The notes under the pieces were generated by a model that did no database searches, was not told the DNA's origin, and saw only the letters and a program-made list of their open reading frames with translations. A stretch of DNA of 63,473 bases, counting the filler, from Choristocarpus tenellus KU-1152 (taxonomy: Eukaryota > Protista > Phaeophyceae), in NCBI GenBank assembly GCA_964200185.2. It is 12 parts of 12 records of this genome, joined end to end, with 100 filler letters (N's around TTAATTAATTAA, not from the genome) between each part and the next. Parts side by side here need not be neighbours in the genome. Positions count along the whole stretch, not along the records: positions 18,099 to 26,106 come from CAXNAD020005275.1; positions 26,207 to 31,298 come from CAXNAD020011907.1; positions 31,399 to 38,280 come from CAXNAD020007149.1; 9 more parts are not named here. One strand, written 5' to 3'. Shown piece by piece: positions 24,530-37,796 of this stretch. The position numbers and the translations under genes were made by a program. How positions within the stretch are numbered: position 1 is the first letter of the stretch; each line of letters opens with the position of its first letter.

Positions 24530-26106
24530 ACACACTCCCCCATGAGCGTGCAGCAAAGTTGCTGACTAAAGCTCACTCTCGATGCAAAAGCACGGAATGC
24601 ACAAAATCAGAAATAAAACTCTTGCGTGAAGACTTGGTTAACCCATCTGCCAATTGCTTGCGTGTTGGAATGTACTTAATGTGAAATATACCCTGATCTA
24701 CATTATGCAAAGAAGTCCACTCCTGCATTTTGGGCGAAGCCACAGGCCACGAGTCGTGCCTTATATCGTTCCACTATCCCGCCTGCAGAGTGTTTGAATT
24801 TGAAAACGAATCGTGTCTTGATTACTTTCCTCCCTTGGGGCAGGGCCTTGTCACCAAAAGTCTCCTATGCCAGAGTCCTGCCATTGCCTTCTTCATGGCC
24901 TCCTGCCACTGATCTGCATCTAGCCCACTCAAGGCCTCCTTTGTTGTAGTTAGTTCACCTGCACCTGTTGTTGCTTCCCTCATGAGACCCATAAAGCAGT
25001 ACACGTCGTCGTTGTTTTGCTGCATGAGGGTTGACATGAAGTGGTTCGTGTCTGTTTCTCCATCTTCTTCCAGGTCGCATAGTTGTGATGTGTAGGCCAC
25101 CCGCTGACGCTGCTCCAGCCTGGCAGATCTTCGTCGTCCAGAGTGTGGGGTTAAGCGCTTGGCCGCCATTTGCGTTGCCCTCTCCCATGCGCTGTCATTG
25201 TCCCATCCTGGGAGAAATATCTTGGCTTTGGTGGGGTCGCTTTGCATCTTGAGCCCTATTCTCAATGTTTTGGTCCACATTCCCAGTCTCGCTCCCTGTT
25301 GTGGAAGCCTCTTCTTCGTCTTTTGTATCCATGTCTTCATCGAGCTCAGACTCCCTCAGTATGTCCAGCTCTGGCTCCCCCACTAGCTCTAGCAGTTTGA
25401 CTTCAGGCTGGAACTTTAGTCACCTGTGCTGAGGTCACCAGCTTGCCTTCCTGCAGGATCCATACGTGCCAGCATAGTGATGCCCTGTTGTGCCCTACGA
25501 GGATCCCCCTCTTCGCGTATGGATGGAACTTGGCATTGGTGCCACGCTGTTGCTTGGTCTGATGCACAAAACACTCCGTCCCGAACACACGGAGTCGCTC
25601 GTAGTTAAAATGTTTGTTGGTCAGGCCCTCACATGGTATCTCGCCTCCTAAGTGCTCGTGTGCGGCATTCCTGTGGTCTTGTATGTGGCATCTGCCACTG
25701 CAAAAAAACAGAACTCCTCCCCCAGTCCAGCATGTATCAGCTGGCTGCGCGCCGCCTGCATGACCTGTTTAATTGCCCGCTCAGCAATCCCGTTGCTCTG
25801 GGGTGTGTGTGGGGGTGTCTTGCGCCATTTCACGACCAGCTCTGTCAGCATGCGCTGGAACCTTACGCTCCTCCCGAACTCGCCAGCACCATCCTCACTG
25901 ATGCATCTCACTGCCACCCCTTCTCGAGTCATTTCGTCTATGTAGGCAGCAGTGGCTGCAGTAGCGGCGTCCTTGGTACGCAGACCTATCACACGCTTCT
26001 CCCTGCTGGCTTTGTCCACAAACACCTGAAAATATCTCATGCCCGTCACGTCCGGGTCAAAGGGTCCCTCCATGTCTGTGTGCACCACCTCCCCCACTGT
26101 CTTGGG
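24530..26106 (-). mobile_element. Ty1/Copia element: integrase, SH3-like region, RT start fused to RNase H end, PPT
   Basis: rve core VHTDMEGP..SEDGAGEF..TPPHTPQSNGIAERAI, FGTECFVH..KRGILVG, RT start ERYKARLVACGFAQNAGVDF, RNase H tail YIPTRKQLADGLTK, PPT CATGGGGGAGTG near 24533-24544. IN before RT is Copia order. Confidence 0.93.
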
Positions 26107-26523
26107 NNNNNNNNNNNNNNNNNNNNNNNNNNNNNNNNNNNNNNNNNNNNTTAATTAATTAANNNNNNNNNNNNNNNNNNNNNNNNNNNNNNNNNNNNNN
26201 NNNNNNATCCCAAATGATTTCACATTGTCCTTGGTCATCTTCTTCCTCCACCCCCCCCCCCCCGAATCCTCTTTCCCCTGAACATCCAACATGTGAATAT
26301 CCTGCAGACAGCTTGCGTGTGTCTTACTGTTCAAAAATTTAAATAGCTTCGCTTTCAGGGTATTGACACGATCTATCTCACCAACTCAAGTCCCTCTGTT
26401 ACACTCCCCCCCCATTTCCCCTCTTGTCTTGGAAGAACTACCACCTTTCTTTCACTCCAACTCAATTCCACTTTACCTGCTTTATCAACCTGTATACGGC
26501 TGGATGCGTTCCACCATTTGTAG

Positions 26524-28253
26524 AATGGACACCTGAAAGTGCTGAAGTGGCTTTCACGAAACCGTAGAGAGAGGTGCACCTGTGAAAAGAACGTGTTCGA
26601 CTGGGCAGCAGCAAATGGACATCTCGAGGTAGGTTCCATGATGGCCTGTTGCCACAAAACACTTCTTATTGGATGCTTTTGACGATGGGAATGGACTCAA
26701 TGGATTCATCTTTTACAGAAGGTACAAAAGGAACAAATATGTCTGTACAGGAACATCTTCCGTATGGATTTATGGTGTGGTGAACTCAGCTTTCTTGGTT
26801 GTTTTCTAACTAAGCCTTACAGTCTTTTGACCACTCTCAATGGGGGTGGGGTGAATTGGGGAGGCTTCTATCTCTATGTTCAATATCGTCTTGATAATGG
26901 TCTATGCAGGCATGATTTGTTTACCTAGATCCCAATGGTTTTCTCACACTCGCTTGTCAGGTGGTGCAACATCTGCACCTCCTCTGTATGGATGGATGTA
27001 CCCCAAAGGCGATGAATTGGGCGGCAAAGAACGGACAATTAAATGTGGTCAAGTGGCTGCATGAAAACCGTGCTGAGGTAGATCACCATGTAGAGAAAAT
27101 ACCTTCACACTGAATGGTCCTGCATAGGTTGAGGTGTACAAACTAGGTCTGAGACTTTTACCCTTTGCCTGTTTATGCTTGCACTTTCCCCTGACTTCAG
27201 CAGCAAAATAAAGCAAGAGTATTTCAACTGTGATCTGATTGCTGTGTTTCTCATCTCTAGTATCACTATCCCACCCTCCTGTAACCTGGGTTATCTGACC
27301 TACACCTCACTATGTTATGGTATCTGTGACATTGATTGGTACTGGTTCAATGAACACTCAGGGCTGCACAAGAGAGGCGATTGACGGGGCAGCAGGAAAT
27401 GGACACCTGGATGTTGTACAGTGGCTTCACAGTAACAGGTTTGAAGGAGCCACTATCCGTGCAATGAATCACGCCTCCCTCAATGGCCATCTGCATGTGG
27501 TGAGGTGGCTTCATGAGAACCGTACGGAGGGATGTACTGATGTTGCAATGGACAACGCAGCCAAGAATGGTCACCTGGAAGTGGTGAAGTTCCTCCATGA
27601 AAACCGGGTTGAGGGGTGCAGGTTAGTTGTTGGGTTTTGTGCAGGAGTGTCAATTGCAGTATCCAATATGAATTGTTCATCTGATAGTGATCGTTTGGTA
27701 GTGCTTGAATAAAGGGGGCAAGGGACACTGCCTTCTCGAATGTATGTATGGAGAAGATGAGGATCATCTCACTCTAATGAAGTTGGAGCAGCTCCTGAAA
27801 AAATAGACCCTGAGGCAAACTGTCATCACTGTTACAGTCCTTAAGTTTAGCTCAATTTGTTGGTGATGAGCCTGTGTGTCAATCCTATTATTTTAAATAC
27901 TAGCCTTGTGTATTCAATGAGTGTTCACTTCCCTCTCCAACTCCCTTGTAGTAGAATAAGACCTAACAAGTTTGGGATAGTGTATTATCTGCTCAATCTT
28001 TGCTGAAACTACCACCTTGCCCCATTGCCTCTACTGCAAATATACTTACACATACCTATGCAAATACGCACATCATACATGTCGGCACAGCACTGCAGCG
28101 CTGGATTGGTCGTGCGGGCGAGGTCACCTGGATGTGGTTGAGTTTCTCCTTGAAAAGCGAAAAGAGGGTTGTACTGAGAAGGCCATGAGCTGGAGTAGTC
28201 ACGGCGGGCACAACAAAGTGTCAGCTGTCCTCAACGCCGCCAATCCACGCATT
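26524..28253 (+). CDS. Ankyrin-repeat protein (GCT..AMD.AA.NGHL.VV.WLH type), partial, 4 exons
   Basis: Exons 26524-26628, 26961-27077, 27362-27621 and 28091-28253, GT-AG and in phase, encoding repeated ~23-aa units ([48 protein letters not shown]). It ends either by read-through to the stop at 28289 or via a terminal exon near 29141. Confidence 0.9.
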
Positions 28254-28476
28254 GTGAGTGCTTGTTTGCAAATCTTGGTGACTAGGTGAAAGTGTATAGA
28301 TGGTCATCCTTACACTGCTTGGGGGCTAGGTTTAAGTGGTTGTTTGTAGGCCGTATGCGCTACAAACCATTCTAATTGAGAACTTTCGTAGTTTTTGAAT
28401 TTATTCAACTTGTTCTGGTGTCTTAAACCCTTCCAATCCACACCATGACAACAAGCAAGTGGTGGGGTCAGAAGTA

Positions 28477-28490
28477 GGGTCAAAGTGTCT

Positions 28491-28524
<34 letters not shown>

Positions 28525-28650
28525 CGGCATCCGTTTTTCACCTTTTTTTCGATTTTCACTGTTTTCATGTGATTTGGTCGCACATGTCTGATTTGAAATG
28601 TCGGCAAAATAAAAAAGAGTTGTTTGACCGAAACGGACGCGCCCCCTCAC
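28477..28650 (+). mobile_element. MITE family B-related partial copy
   Basis: GGGTCAAAGTGTCT-polyG-GTCGG..CCGTTTT..GTGATTTGGTCGCA resembles 15548-15690. Right TIR not seen. Confidence 0.65.
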
Positions 28651-31600
28651 AACCCCCACACTCCTCCCTCGTACTATTCTCTGTACACAAAGTGTCACTT
28701 TTCCAGAACTCTACCTGGTGGTGCAGCAGGGGGAGGTTGTTGCACTATCAGCTGATAAAGTCAAGGATATCACTCCAGTGTGTATTTACAAAGTGTATAT
28801 GGGATCCCTGACATCCATTTGACACCTGAAGAGAGACTGAATCAGATCTCGAACGTGTTGATCATGAGTGTGTGTGTGTGTGTGTTGGTTTGTTTTGTGT
28901 GCACCTGTTTCGATTATGTACTGGAAATGGTCTTGCACTGCATTTTGCTGTGGTGGAGGTCCTCCTGTACTTGTCCTGTAGGGGAATGCGCACATGCTGG
29001 TGGGAATAGTTTTTTTGTGTTGAGTCGTTTGTACTTGTATGTAAGTGTGCTATGTTTCATGGATGTGCTGATGGAAATGTTCAGTATCATTCATCCATGT
29101 TCTTGTTAATAGATCCTACATTTGAACACCTTTCAGACAGATGAGAGATTTGAAGGTTCAACCTTATGCAAGAGGCATGCAATAGGAGTGGCAATTACGT
29201 GCCCTTTTCGCATATGGGGCAGGACTTGCCCGTACCTGGCAAGTTGGTAATGGATTCCATAACCCCCCCTCCTTACCTTCGTTGACCTCTTCTCTATTCC
29301 CACCTGAGTGTGTTTTTTTCAAAGAAAGTTTTTACTTTGAAGTGGTTTTCGGTGTGTACATGTGGGTTGTTACCAGATATGGCTTGTTTTTGTTGGGACT
29401 CTTTGTTTGTGAAGGCGATGGTGAGGAGCACTCGACATCCTTGTGAACCTTGACCCTCCATGGACATGTTCACCACTACTTTACCTGAGATGTGTTCCTG
29501 TTCTCTTCACCCACAACCAGAGGTTGTTGGAGAAGTGAACATGATAGATGGATGTTACGTGAACTGATGAGACATTTTGTTGTTGGGCCTGCTCTTGGTA
29601 TGTCTCTTGTTTGGTCCACCCCTCGTGCAATGCCCTTGCTTGAGGCCAGGAGGTGACCATGTTTTGTCTTGTGTTTTTTCTGCCCTTAGCTAGGAAGTGA
29701 GAGTGAAGTGAGGTGACAGCTTCTTTGTTGATGTACTCATGTTTTTGTTGCTGCATACAAAAGTGCAGGTATCTGTTGAAGTGGAGTTACATTGTCCGCT
29801 TCACATCCCCCACCCCCACCCCCACCCCCTCAACTTACCTATCCTTACTCATACTGCACATGTGAGCATCATACACAAAATCTGAGGAGGTATTGTTGGG
29901 AGTCTTTTCTTAGGTGATGTTCTTTTCTTGAATACTCCTGCATGACATGTGATCATGAAGAATGTGGATGAGGTAATTAAAATTCATGAACTAATTCGTT
30001 GGTTTTGGGGGTTGGCAGTGATACACCCAATTAGTATAGTATCGTGGTATAGATGGATGGATACATGTATGTAGTAAATAATTGGAAGTAGAGGGGACCT
30101 GTAGGCATTGGCTAGAAGAAATTGGATTGTTGCTTCGTGATACTTGAACTGGCTTGAAATGTTTGGAGGTGGTGTTTGTTTGCTCGATTAGTTCCCCAGT
30201 GCTGCAAAATGCACTGGTTCAATATATTTACGTGCGGAAAGGTTTATCTTACCCTTTTAATTTTCAGTGTGTGGTTGGACTGGAAGTACTATCGATGGTC
30301 AGAGATTACCTCTGTAGGAGTAGTGGAAAGATGCACTAGTCACTAACAATGTATCAAGATACGTAGTAGTGGGTGTATTGCATCTGTACAACACAAAAAC
30401 TAATCACAATAAAAATAAAAAATAGGTTACGTTTGACATTCTCTTATCTTTGTGCTTGACTGTAGATTGGCAAGTAGTGCAAATATCTATCTGTGTAAGG
30501 AACAGGGATGATGGAATGAATATTGTTGTGATGACTGAAACAGGACAATCTAAGAAAATTGAAAATATCACTTTATTTTCTCCTTTAAAAAAAAAAGTAA
30601 GACACACGCCGTCTAAGTACAAACACAAGTAAGGCGGGCTTATTTCATGCAAGGTCAAAATCGAAACTACACCTACTCCCAATTTAACGTTCAAGAGAGA
30701 ACAAATTAAAAGTTTGCTGAGACACAGATTGCTCCTCAGATGGTTTCTATTGCGCACAGATAAACGATGCCATACATTTTTTGAGGTTTGAATAGATGGA
30801 GAAAGGTCCTTGATTGGTCGTGTTCAAAGAACGTTACTGTTCTTAACTGTTACTTCATGTTCTTGATTTATATTATCAGTAATTAGAATGTTGAAATCGA
30901 TCCATCAAAAAACGAAATAAGGAAGTCCTTTTGTTGTATTTTCTTCTGTTTTTGGCCTCCTCCAATTATTTTTTTTAAGTGAGTAACCCTAACCCGAAGA
31001 GCAAAAAAAGTATAGATCGCTACTAACCCTCAAATCCCTACAACAAATCATTAAAGAAAATCCCCGAGATGGCAATATTAAACAGTGTGAACAAATGAAA
31101 CAGTTACAACCCATCAATAGAAATGGACATGAAAGAGAGGAAGAAGAGTACTATTTTTTATATTTTCTGCTCTCGAACCGTAAATTCCGAAGTGAAGGAA
31201 TAGGAAAACAAACTTTGAACCAAACCTCTTTAAACTAGTAATAATGAACCTTTCGCCCACAGTTCCCCCACTAACAGGGGATCCTCAAAATTGAGGATNN
31301 NNNNNNNNNNNNNNNNNNNNNNNNNNNNNNNNNNNNNNNNNNTTAATTAATTAANNNNNNNNNNNNNNNNNNNNNNNNNNNNNNNNNNNNNNNNNNNNAC
31401 GATGAAAATAATTTGAGAGCTTTTTGTTGCAACACTCTGACCTCCCTTCTTATGCCTTAGTCTATCTTTTGAACGAAACATTGAGTCAAGCTTTGAGCTA
31501 AACACTGAGTGAACTATCAAGAGAAGGCTATCTAACACCCTACAACTTGTTGTAAAGGGCAACGCCCCCATAGCCTCGTTTTAAGGTCGTTGTATTTGAG

Positions 31601-32545
31601 TTGTACATCCTGGAAAGGTGAGCATTGAGGGGCGCCTGTAACATTATTTGCTACCAAGATGTAACCATACAAGGATAAATTGTAGCATTTTTGTTCGATG
31701 CTGTCTGTAGGTGGTTGGAAGTTGTGTTTGCAACCAATTGCAAAGATGCTGACTGTGGGAAGCCCAGAGTCTACCACAAAACCTCCCCAGCCCATGCCCC
31801 TTTCAGCTGGCACCCGTTCGGACCAAAAGATGCCCGGAACCAACCAGCACAAAATGGTAGGCAATAAGAGTTATTATTGGGCACACACGGTTATGCAACT
31901 CCTCCAACTGCGTTATCTACTGACTGAAGCAATGTCACAAGAACTGAACACTAATCTCACGCTGAAATATTATTATTGTTTTTTCCCGGAGGGGACTCAT
32001 ATTAAGACATAACTTGTTTTCACTACTCTCGTCACTCCATGCAAAAAAAGACATCTAAGGTTCTACTTTTGAAAGAACATGAACTTTGGAGCATGAGCTA
32101 AAATTCTTAAAAATAAGAAATTCACAACAAAATTGCAACAAATAAATATTTCGAGTGTCACAGCACATCTGGTCAATATACCCACACAAACTATCTCAAA
32201 ATATAATATGATGACTGTGAGAAGTGAGCACAAAAAAAAACGGGAAAAGGCATACACAATAAAAATCGTAAATCAACAAAGAATCCATGCAGGGGATCAA
32301 CCAGAAAGTTCTTAATAGACACGTATTCTTGACAAACCGTTTGCCAACATCCCAGTTCCATGTCTATACATGAATACTCCCTTTGGGAATGATGCCAACA
32401 AAGCAACATCCAGCTTCACCTGATACCTTCCCTTCATGCACACAAAGCCATTACATAACCATGATGACCCTTTTTTCTGCCTCATTACGCCACTCCTTTC
32501 TGCCTCCAACTCATCTCTTTTGATCTGTTGTATACCTCAAACAAG

Positions 32546-35500
32546 TTACTCATAGTGTCCACTATTATCATCGACATCATCCTTGTCAGAGGATGGACTT
32601 GAAGATGTGCCCATAGGTATCATCCCTGGAGGAGGGATCGAACCTCCATCTCTTGGGTTCAGCCCTCGCACCACCCACTCAAGAACTTGACGTGTAGTAC
32701 AGGCCCAACGTGTAATGGTGTCTGTGGTGAAGTAATTGACATCGCGTTGAACGAAGTACGTCGGAATATCGTCCACCGAGTGTTTCTCCTTTTGCGATGG
32801 GTCAGAGTCAGGGTTAGGGTTAGAATGACAGTAATTTAGTTGCATTGGGTTCAGCAGTGAGAAATAGCAATGTTGGGACCTAATGAGCACCCAATGTTTC
32901 TTGTTTTATAGCCATCATTCACAAATTGATTAAGCATCATCAAATCCGGGTACTGTATTTTGAAGTGGGCTAAGATTTTGATGACTACTGAGATGTCACT
33001 GTACCACCAACGTGGTCCAATCATGGGACCAACTACACTAGCAGTGTAGTGATGTCTAAATACTTTTGTTACCCTCAAGCACGTATCTAGTCACACAATT
33101 CTTCAAGCAACCATCTTGATCTTATCTCCCCTCGGGTCCATTATTTCAATGACCCCCCCCATCAGTCTATCTTCATCCTCTTGTAGTAGGGAGTCGGGAA
33201 AGCATTGGAATCCCTAACCTTTTCTTTTGGCAATACAATGGATAGCTTAGTGTAAGCAAAAAGGAACAAATATGCTTAGAGCATGTGACAACGTTAGGCC
33301 TCTACTCTCTGTCAACCTGCAGCTATCCACAATTATTTTCTCATCAAAATATCACTTCCGTAAAAATTATGAGCCCAACATAAATGGGCTTCAGAGGGCC
33401 TGCCCTTAGAAATGTTCACCACAAATACCACACCCAAGATCCAACCCTCCAATTCTTGAACAAAGAACAGTAGTAACAGTGTTTCTGTGACCACTCCAGC
33501 AATATTGTAGAATATGTCTCCTCAATAATATGTCCACTATATCAATTCCATCATGTGTTCCCTTGAGCAAATTATATGTATATGTACCAGAATACCCCAT
33601 ACCTGCACCATGCAACTATCAAAGAGTGTATCTAGTTCTTACAACCATTATTGTTCTTAATAAAATCGTTCTAAAAACAACTGGTCCATTTGTCGCTACA
33701 GGATCTTACCCGCCAATATCGCCGCGTCTTGTCGTAGAAGTCACCCTGACTACCGAGGTAGTGATTGATGCGGATATCTTTGAGAGAAGCCATACTGCAG
33801 GTGCAGTCCATTACATCGTGCATTGAAGGAAGGTCTTTTGCCTCCTCCTTTGCTTCATACTGAGACTTAAGGTTGACAATCACCTGGTAACAAGCGATTT
33901 TCCAATACAGTGATGAAGCATGTATGTATGGCATGATAACACAAGCAACCAAGGAAAAGAGTGAGGACCAAGAATGAGAAAAGCACTCCTAGGTATGCGT
34001 AGATACTATGTAAAATTGACAACACCAATTCAAACGGACTGTACACAAATAGTATTCGAGACAGATTGCAATCCACAACAGCACCATAACAACATAAAAT
34101 TATCACACAAAATTACATATCCACAATGCTGGGAGGTACCTTAACAAACATCAATAATAAGAACCACGAAATAGCACATTGACAATGCCAAAAAAAACGG
34201 ATTAAACACAAATAGTATTCGAGACGGATTGTAATTCACAACAGCACGATAACAACATAAAATTATCACACAAAAGTACATACACACAATGCTGGGAGGT
34301 ACCTCAACAGACATCAATAATAACAAACATGAAATAGCCACATAGTAGTACTAACATAGAAATGGTATAGAATATTCTAGGAACCGAAAACAGTTCAAAG
34401 AACTGCACTCAATACTGTCACTTCTACCGTAACTGTTGTATGTAGTAGGTAGGTAAGACCATGGGAGTTGTCAAAAGAGACTAGGAGGCATTTGACGTAT
34501 TTTGAACAAACAACAACCTAAAACAATACATCAATTCTTGCATGGGAAAACACACCTTCTAAAAAACACAGACAGCGCTTGGCCAGCACTGAAAGAGAAC
34601 CAACACAATTCTTGGAAGGAGTTATTTACTTCATCTATACCATGCAAATACTTCACTTCACTAACATAAGAACAACAACACTATCATTAGGGTTAGGGTC
34701 AGGTCGATGGGGGTGAAGGGGAAACAAGGTGTATGATCCTCCTCTTTTAGTAGTATCGTCAACCAAGACTATAATGACGACTGCAGTATCGATCAATGCA
34801 GTTACTGTACAGCTAATGTATCAGTAGTATAACGGTATCATTACTGCTATTATGTGAACACATGGAAGGATAAATGTGATGTGTGAACCAACAAACGACC
34901 AACACACCAAAAAAATGAATTATCCTTACACACAACCGACTCATCACACCCTCTCATAGAATATATATATAGATATTCTCTGAAGAACTGAAAAAGAAAG
35001 CTCTTGCTTGAAACCAACCTCACCTTGGGCAGGCGGTTTATGTTATTGTTTCTAGGATTCCCGTGGGTGAGGAAGTTTTCAATGACCAGACCTCTGGGTG
35101 TCTCTTTGTGCCCTCCACTGCCATACTGCACTCGTTTCACCTATTCTCAAGGGTTGTATTGGGAGTAGTAACGTAAGGATCACTTCTCAAAATTAACGCC
35201 CTCTTTGAAATTCATTTTTTAAAGAAGGAAAGAAGCAAGAGCCATATCGACCTGTCACTCACTATCCAATGGTGGCAGTCTAAGACTTCACATTATTATC
35301 ACTCCAGCAAGTGCAAGGGATAGGCTCAGTAAGAAATGTGAAAAGCATAATTCCATTTAAAAGGAGCTATTTGTGAGAGGACAGGGTTAGGTTTAGATTT
35401 ATACTCCCTAAATCAAAACTACCTAAAGCAATCAAACTCACCATGTACAAAACAAACATGTATATACTGTATAAACTATCTACGTATGGGCATACAAGGC

Positions 35501-37796
35501 CAGACAGAGTATCTCCACAATATGGGGATATACAGTCCAGCCAAATTAAAACCATATGTCAAACACCCACTCAAAGCCATCTTGGGATGGTAGATTGGGC
35601 ACACTCTACACCATTCAGAACAACCCGTACCAACAATGTAAACCCTAACCCTAAAATGATAACCTTGCACAGGACTAATCAGAATGGGACGTGGCATACC
35701 AAGAATTTTCTGGTGGCACACCAAGAATTTTCTCGTGAAGAGTAGGCCCTGTTGGACCTATGTATCAATGCCAGCAATCTGTCAACCCTAACCCTGGTGT
35801 AGACCGAAAGGGATAGGTAATCCGTGTAGTAGATGATACAGTCTGATACATGTAGTCGCAAATGACTTGCTAACACGCATAGACTCCCCATGTCTGCAAT
35901 TCAGTGCCACCCTTTCATTCCTCACCAACTATTTTATTTTTTAGCAAGGGTGCATATTTCACCGTTGCTAGTCTTAAAAAACGAAAATTCATGGAAAATC
36001 CATGGACATAATTGAGGAATGGTTTACAAACACTAATGAAAATTCACAAAGACAATCTCAGTCATCGACTGAAGGAAAATTGTAGGAATGGCCCTCCCAA
36101 ACAGCAGGTGTGATCCTTAAAACGACCCTTGACACACTCGAATCTGAACTCAAAAGGCTCATAAACAAAACCACAACCACATCCCTGACCCTAAACCCTA
36201 CAGCCAGGCTTGTAAAGTTGAGAAATTAGACTAGAAATGGGAAATAGTCCTTCTACCAAAACTAACCCTAAAATAACTCCCTTCACTTCCAAGTCAAGGC
36301 TCTTGGGCAAATCCCACCCCAACGAGACCTAACCTTATCCCTCAAAACGGCATAGAAAAGCATCACAGGAGTAGGAAGAACTCTATCAACCCAACAGCAA
36401 CAAAACCCTCCCATGCCCTAACACTAGTCTTAGCAACCTGTGCATACTAACCCTTACCCTAACCCTACTTCTTCCCCTAACACTAGCTTTATTGACACAT
36501 CTTGATGTCCTTGAAACAAAAAGAAAACCTCCAACAGGTGTCATTATCAGTTACACACTCATTGTCAAAAATACACCATTGGTATAATAGTTGAGAGATG
36601 TAGGGAAGATATGAGGATAAACACACCCTTTTTTCTTTATTGTGCGAATAGCTTCATTGCATTGGCCAATCATACTCGCTGGACAAAAAGATCAAAAGAG
36701 GTGTACCTCATACAAGCATAGTGTTGATATTTGACTTGAAAGGGACACAAAGCTTTGAACAACTATAGCAATTTGCCACACAGCCTTACTTCATTACAGA
36801 GATCAACAGTAACAACCCATTGCAGCGCGCATCAAATGTCCTCCACATTGAAGCACTCGTGGTACGAATTTTCTCGTAATTTTCTCATAATTTTCTATCT
36901 TCTCGCCAAGCACACACCTTCCGGATCATCTATGATACTACTACTGTCAGCCTCTCGGAAGATTTGAAATTTCCTTCAAGCTACTGCCTAACAAGCCACC
37001 ATGTAATCCAATTCACTCCTGAGAAGACTGTTACTTTTACTGCCTTGAAGGACCCCAGCTATTACAACCCTGACCTGTACACTACGACCTCTCTTCACTA
37101 CCCCCTCATGGACACCTACCTCCCTGGGAGAACAGTCTGTCAGAGATGGTAGTGTCTCTCTCCCCATTGTATTCCAAACAAGGTCAATATTTCCTCAACA
37201 AATTGTACCTCATGAAAAGGAAGATACTACGCAATCCCCGTAACCCTAACCCTGATTCACCAACTCAATAAAAGAAACAAAATATCGGCATCCCAGTGTG
37301 TTGCAAAATGTTCAAATCATAGCTACAGCGTCACACAAAGATATACCTTGTATGTAACATATCAAGTGCTCATTGGTATTCATGTAACATAATTGTTGTA
37401 CTACTTACAAAAGAAATGTTAACAAATAATACTGATAACATAGACCACTCAATTGCCTTATCTTGCACTGCAATAATTTGTGTATAAACTACTGTACATG
37501 TCCCTTAACCCCAAATCTATATGACTCCCAGACCTAACCCTAACCCTAACCTTAACCTTAACCTAAACCCCAATCCTTACAGGTCCCCAAGTTGATTCAC
37601 CTTTACACAGCATGTATCCCTGTGTTTCTTAAGCACCCCCGAAAGGGTCGTCTCCTCAGTGGGGGGATAAACATATTCATCGTTATCGTGCATCATCAAC
37701 CAACGAACTTCCCTATCAGCAGGAGAGAGCTCTTCTTTGCCCTTTCCCCTAAAATGATTCAAGCACGCCTTCAATGGTCTCATTTGGGCATCCCGA
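32546..37796 (-). CDS. Glycosyltransferase family 92 (DUF23)-like protein, last four exons
   Basis: Exons 37796-37601 (AQMRPLKACL..WLMMHDNDEYVYP, DxD motif), 35140-35024 (YGSGGHKETPRGLVIENF..PK), 33883-33710 (IRINHYLGSQGDFYDKTRRYW) and 32788-32546 (stop). GT-AG with phase-0 joins. Confidence 0.82.
34016..34343. repeat. Tandem duplication of a ~163-bp unit inside an intron
   Basis: ACACAAATAGTATTCGAGAC...CAATGCTGGGAGGTACCT occurs twice. Units start near 34016 and 34179. Confidence 0.9.
37532..37571. repeat. Interstitial telomere-like (CCCTAA)n tract, the longest of at least 17 short ones
   Basis: ACCTAACCCTAACCCTAACCTTAACCTTAACCTAAACCCC. Confidence 0.9.
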
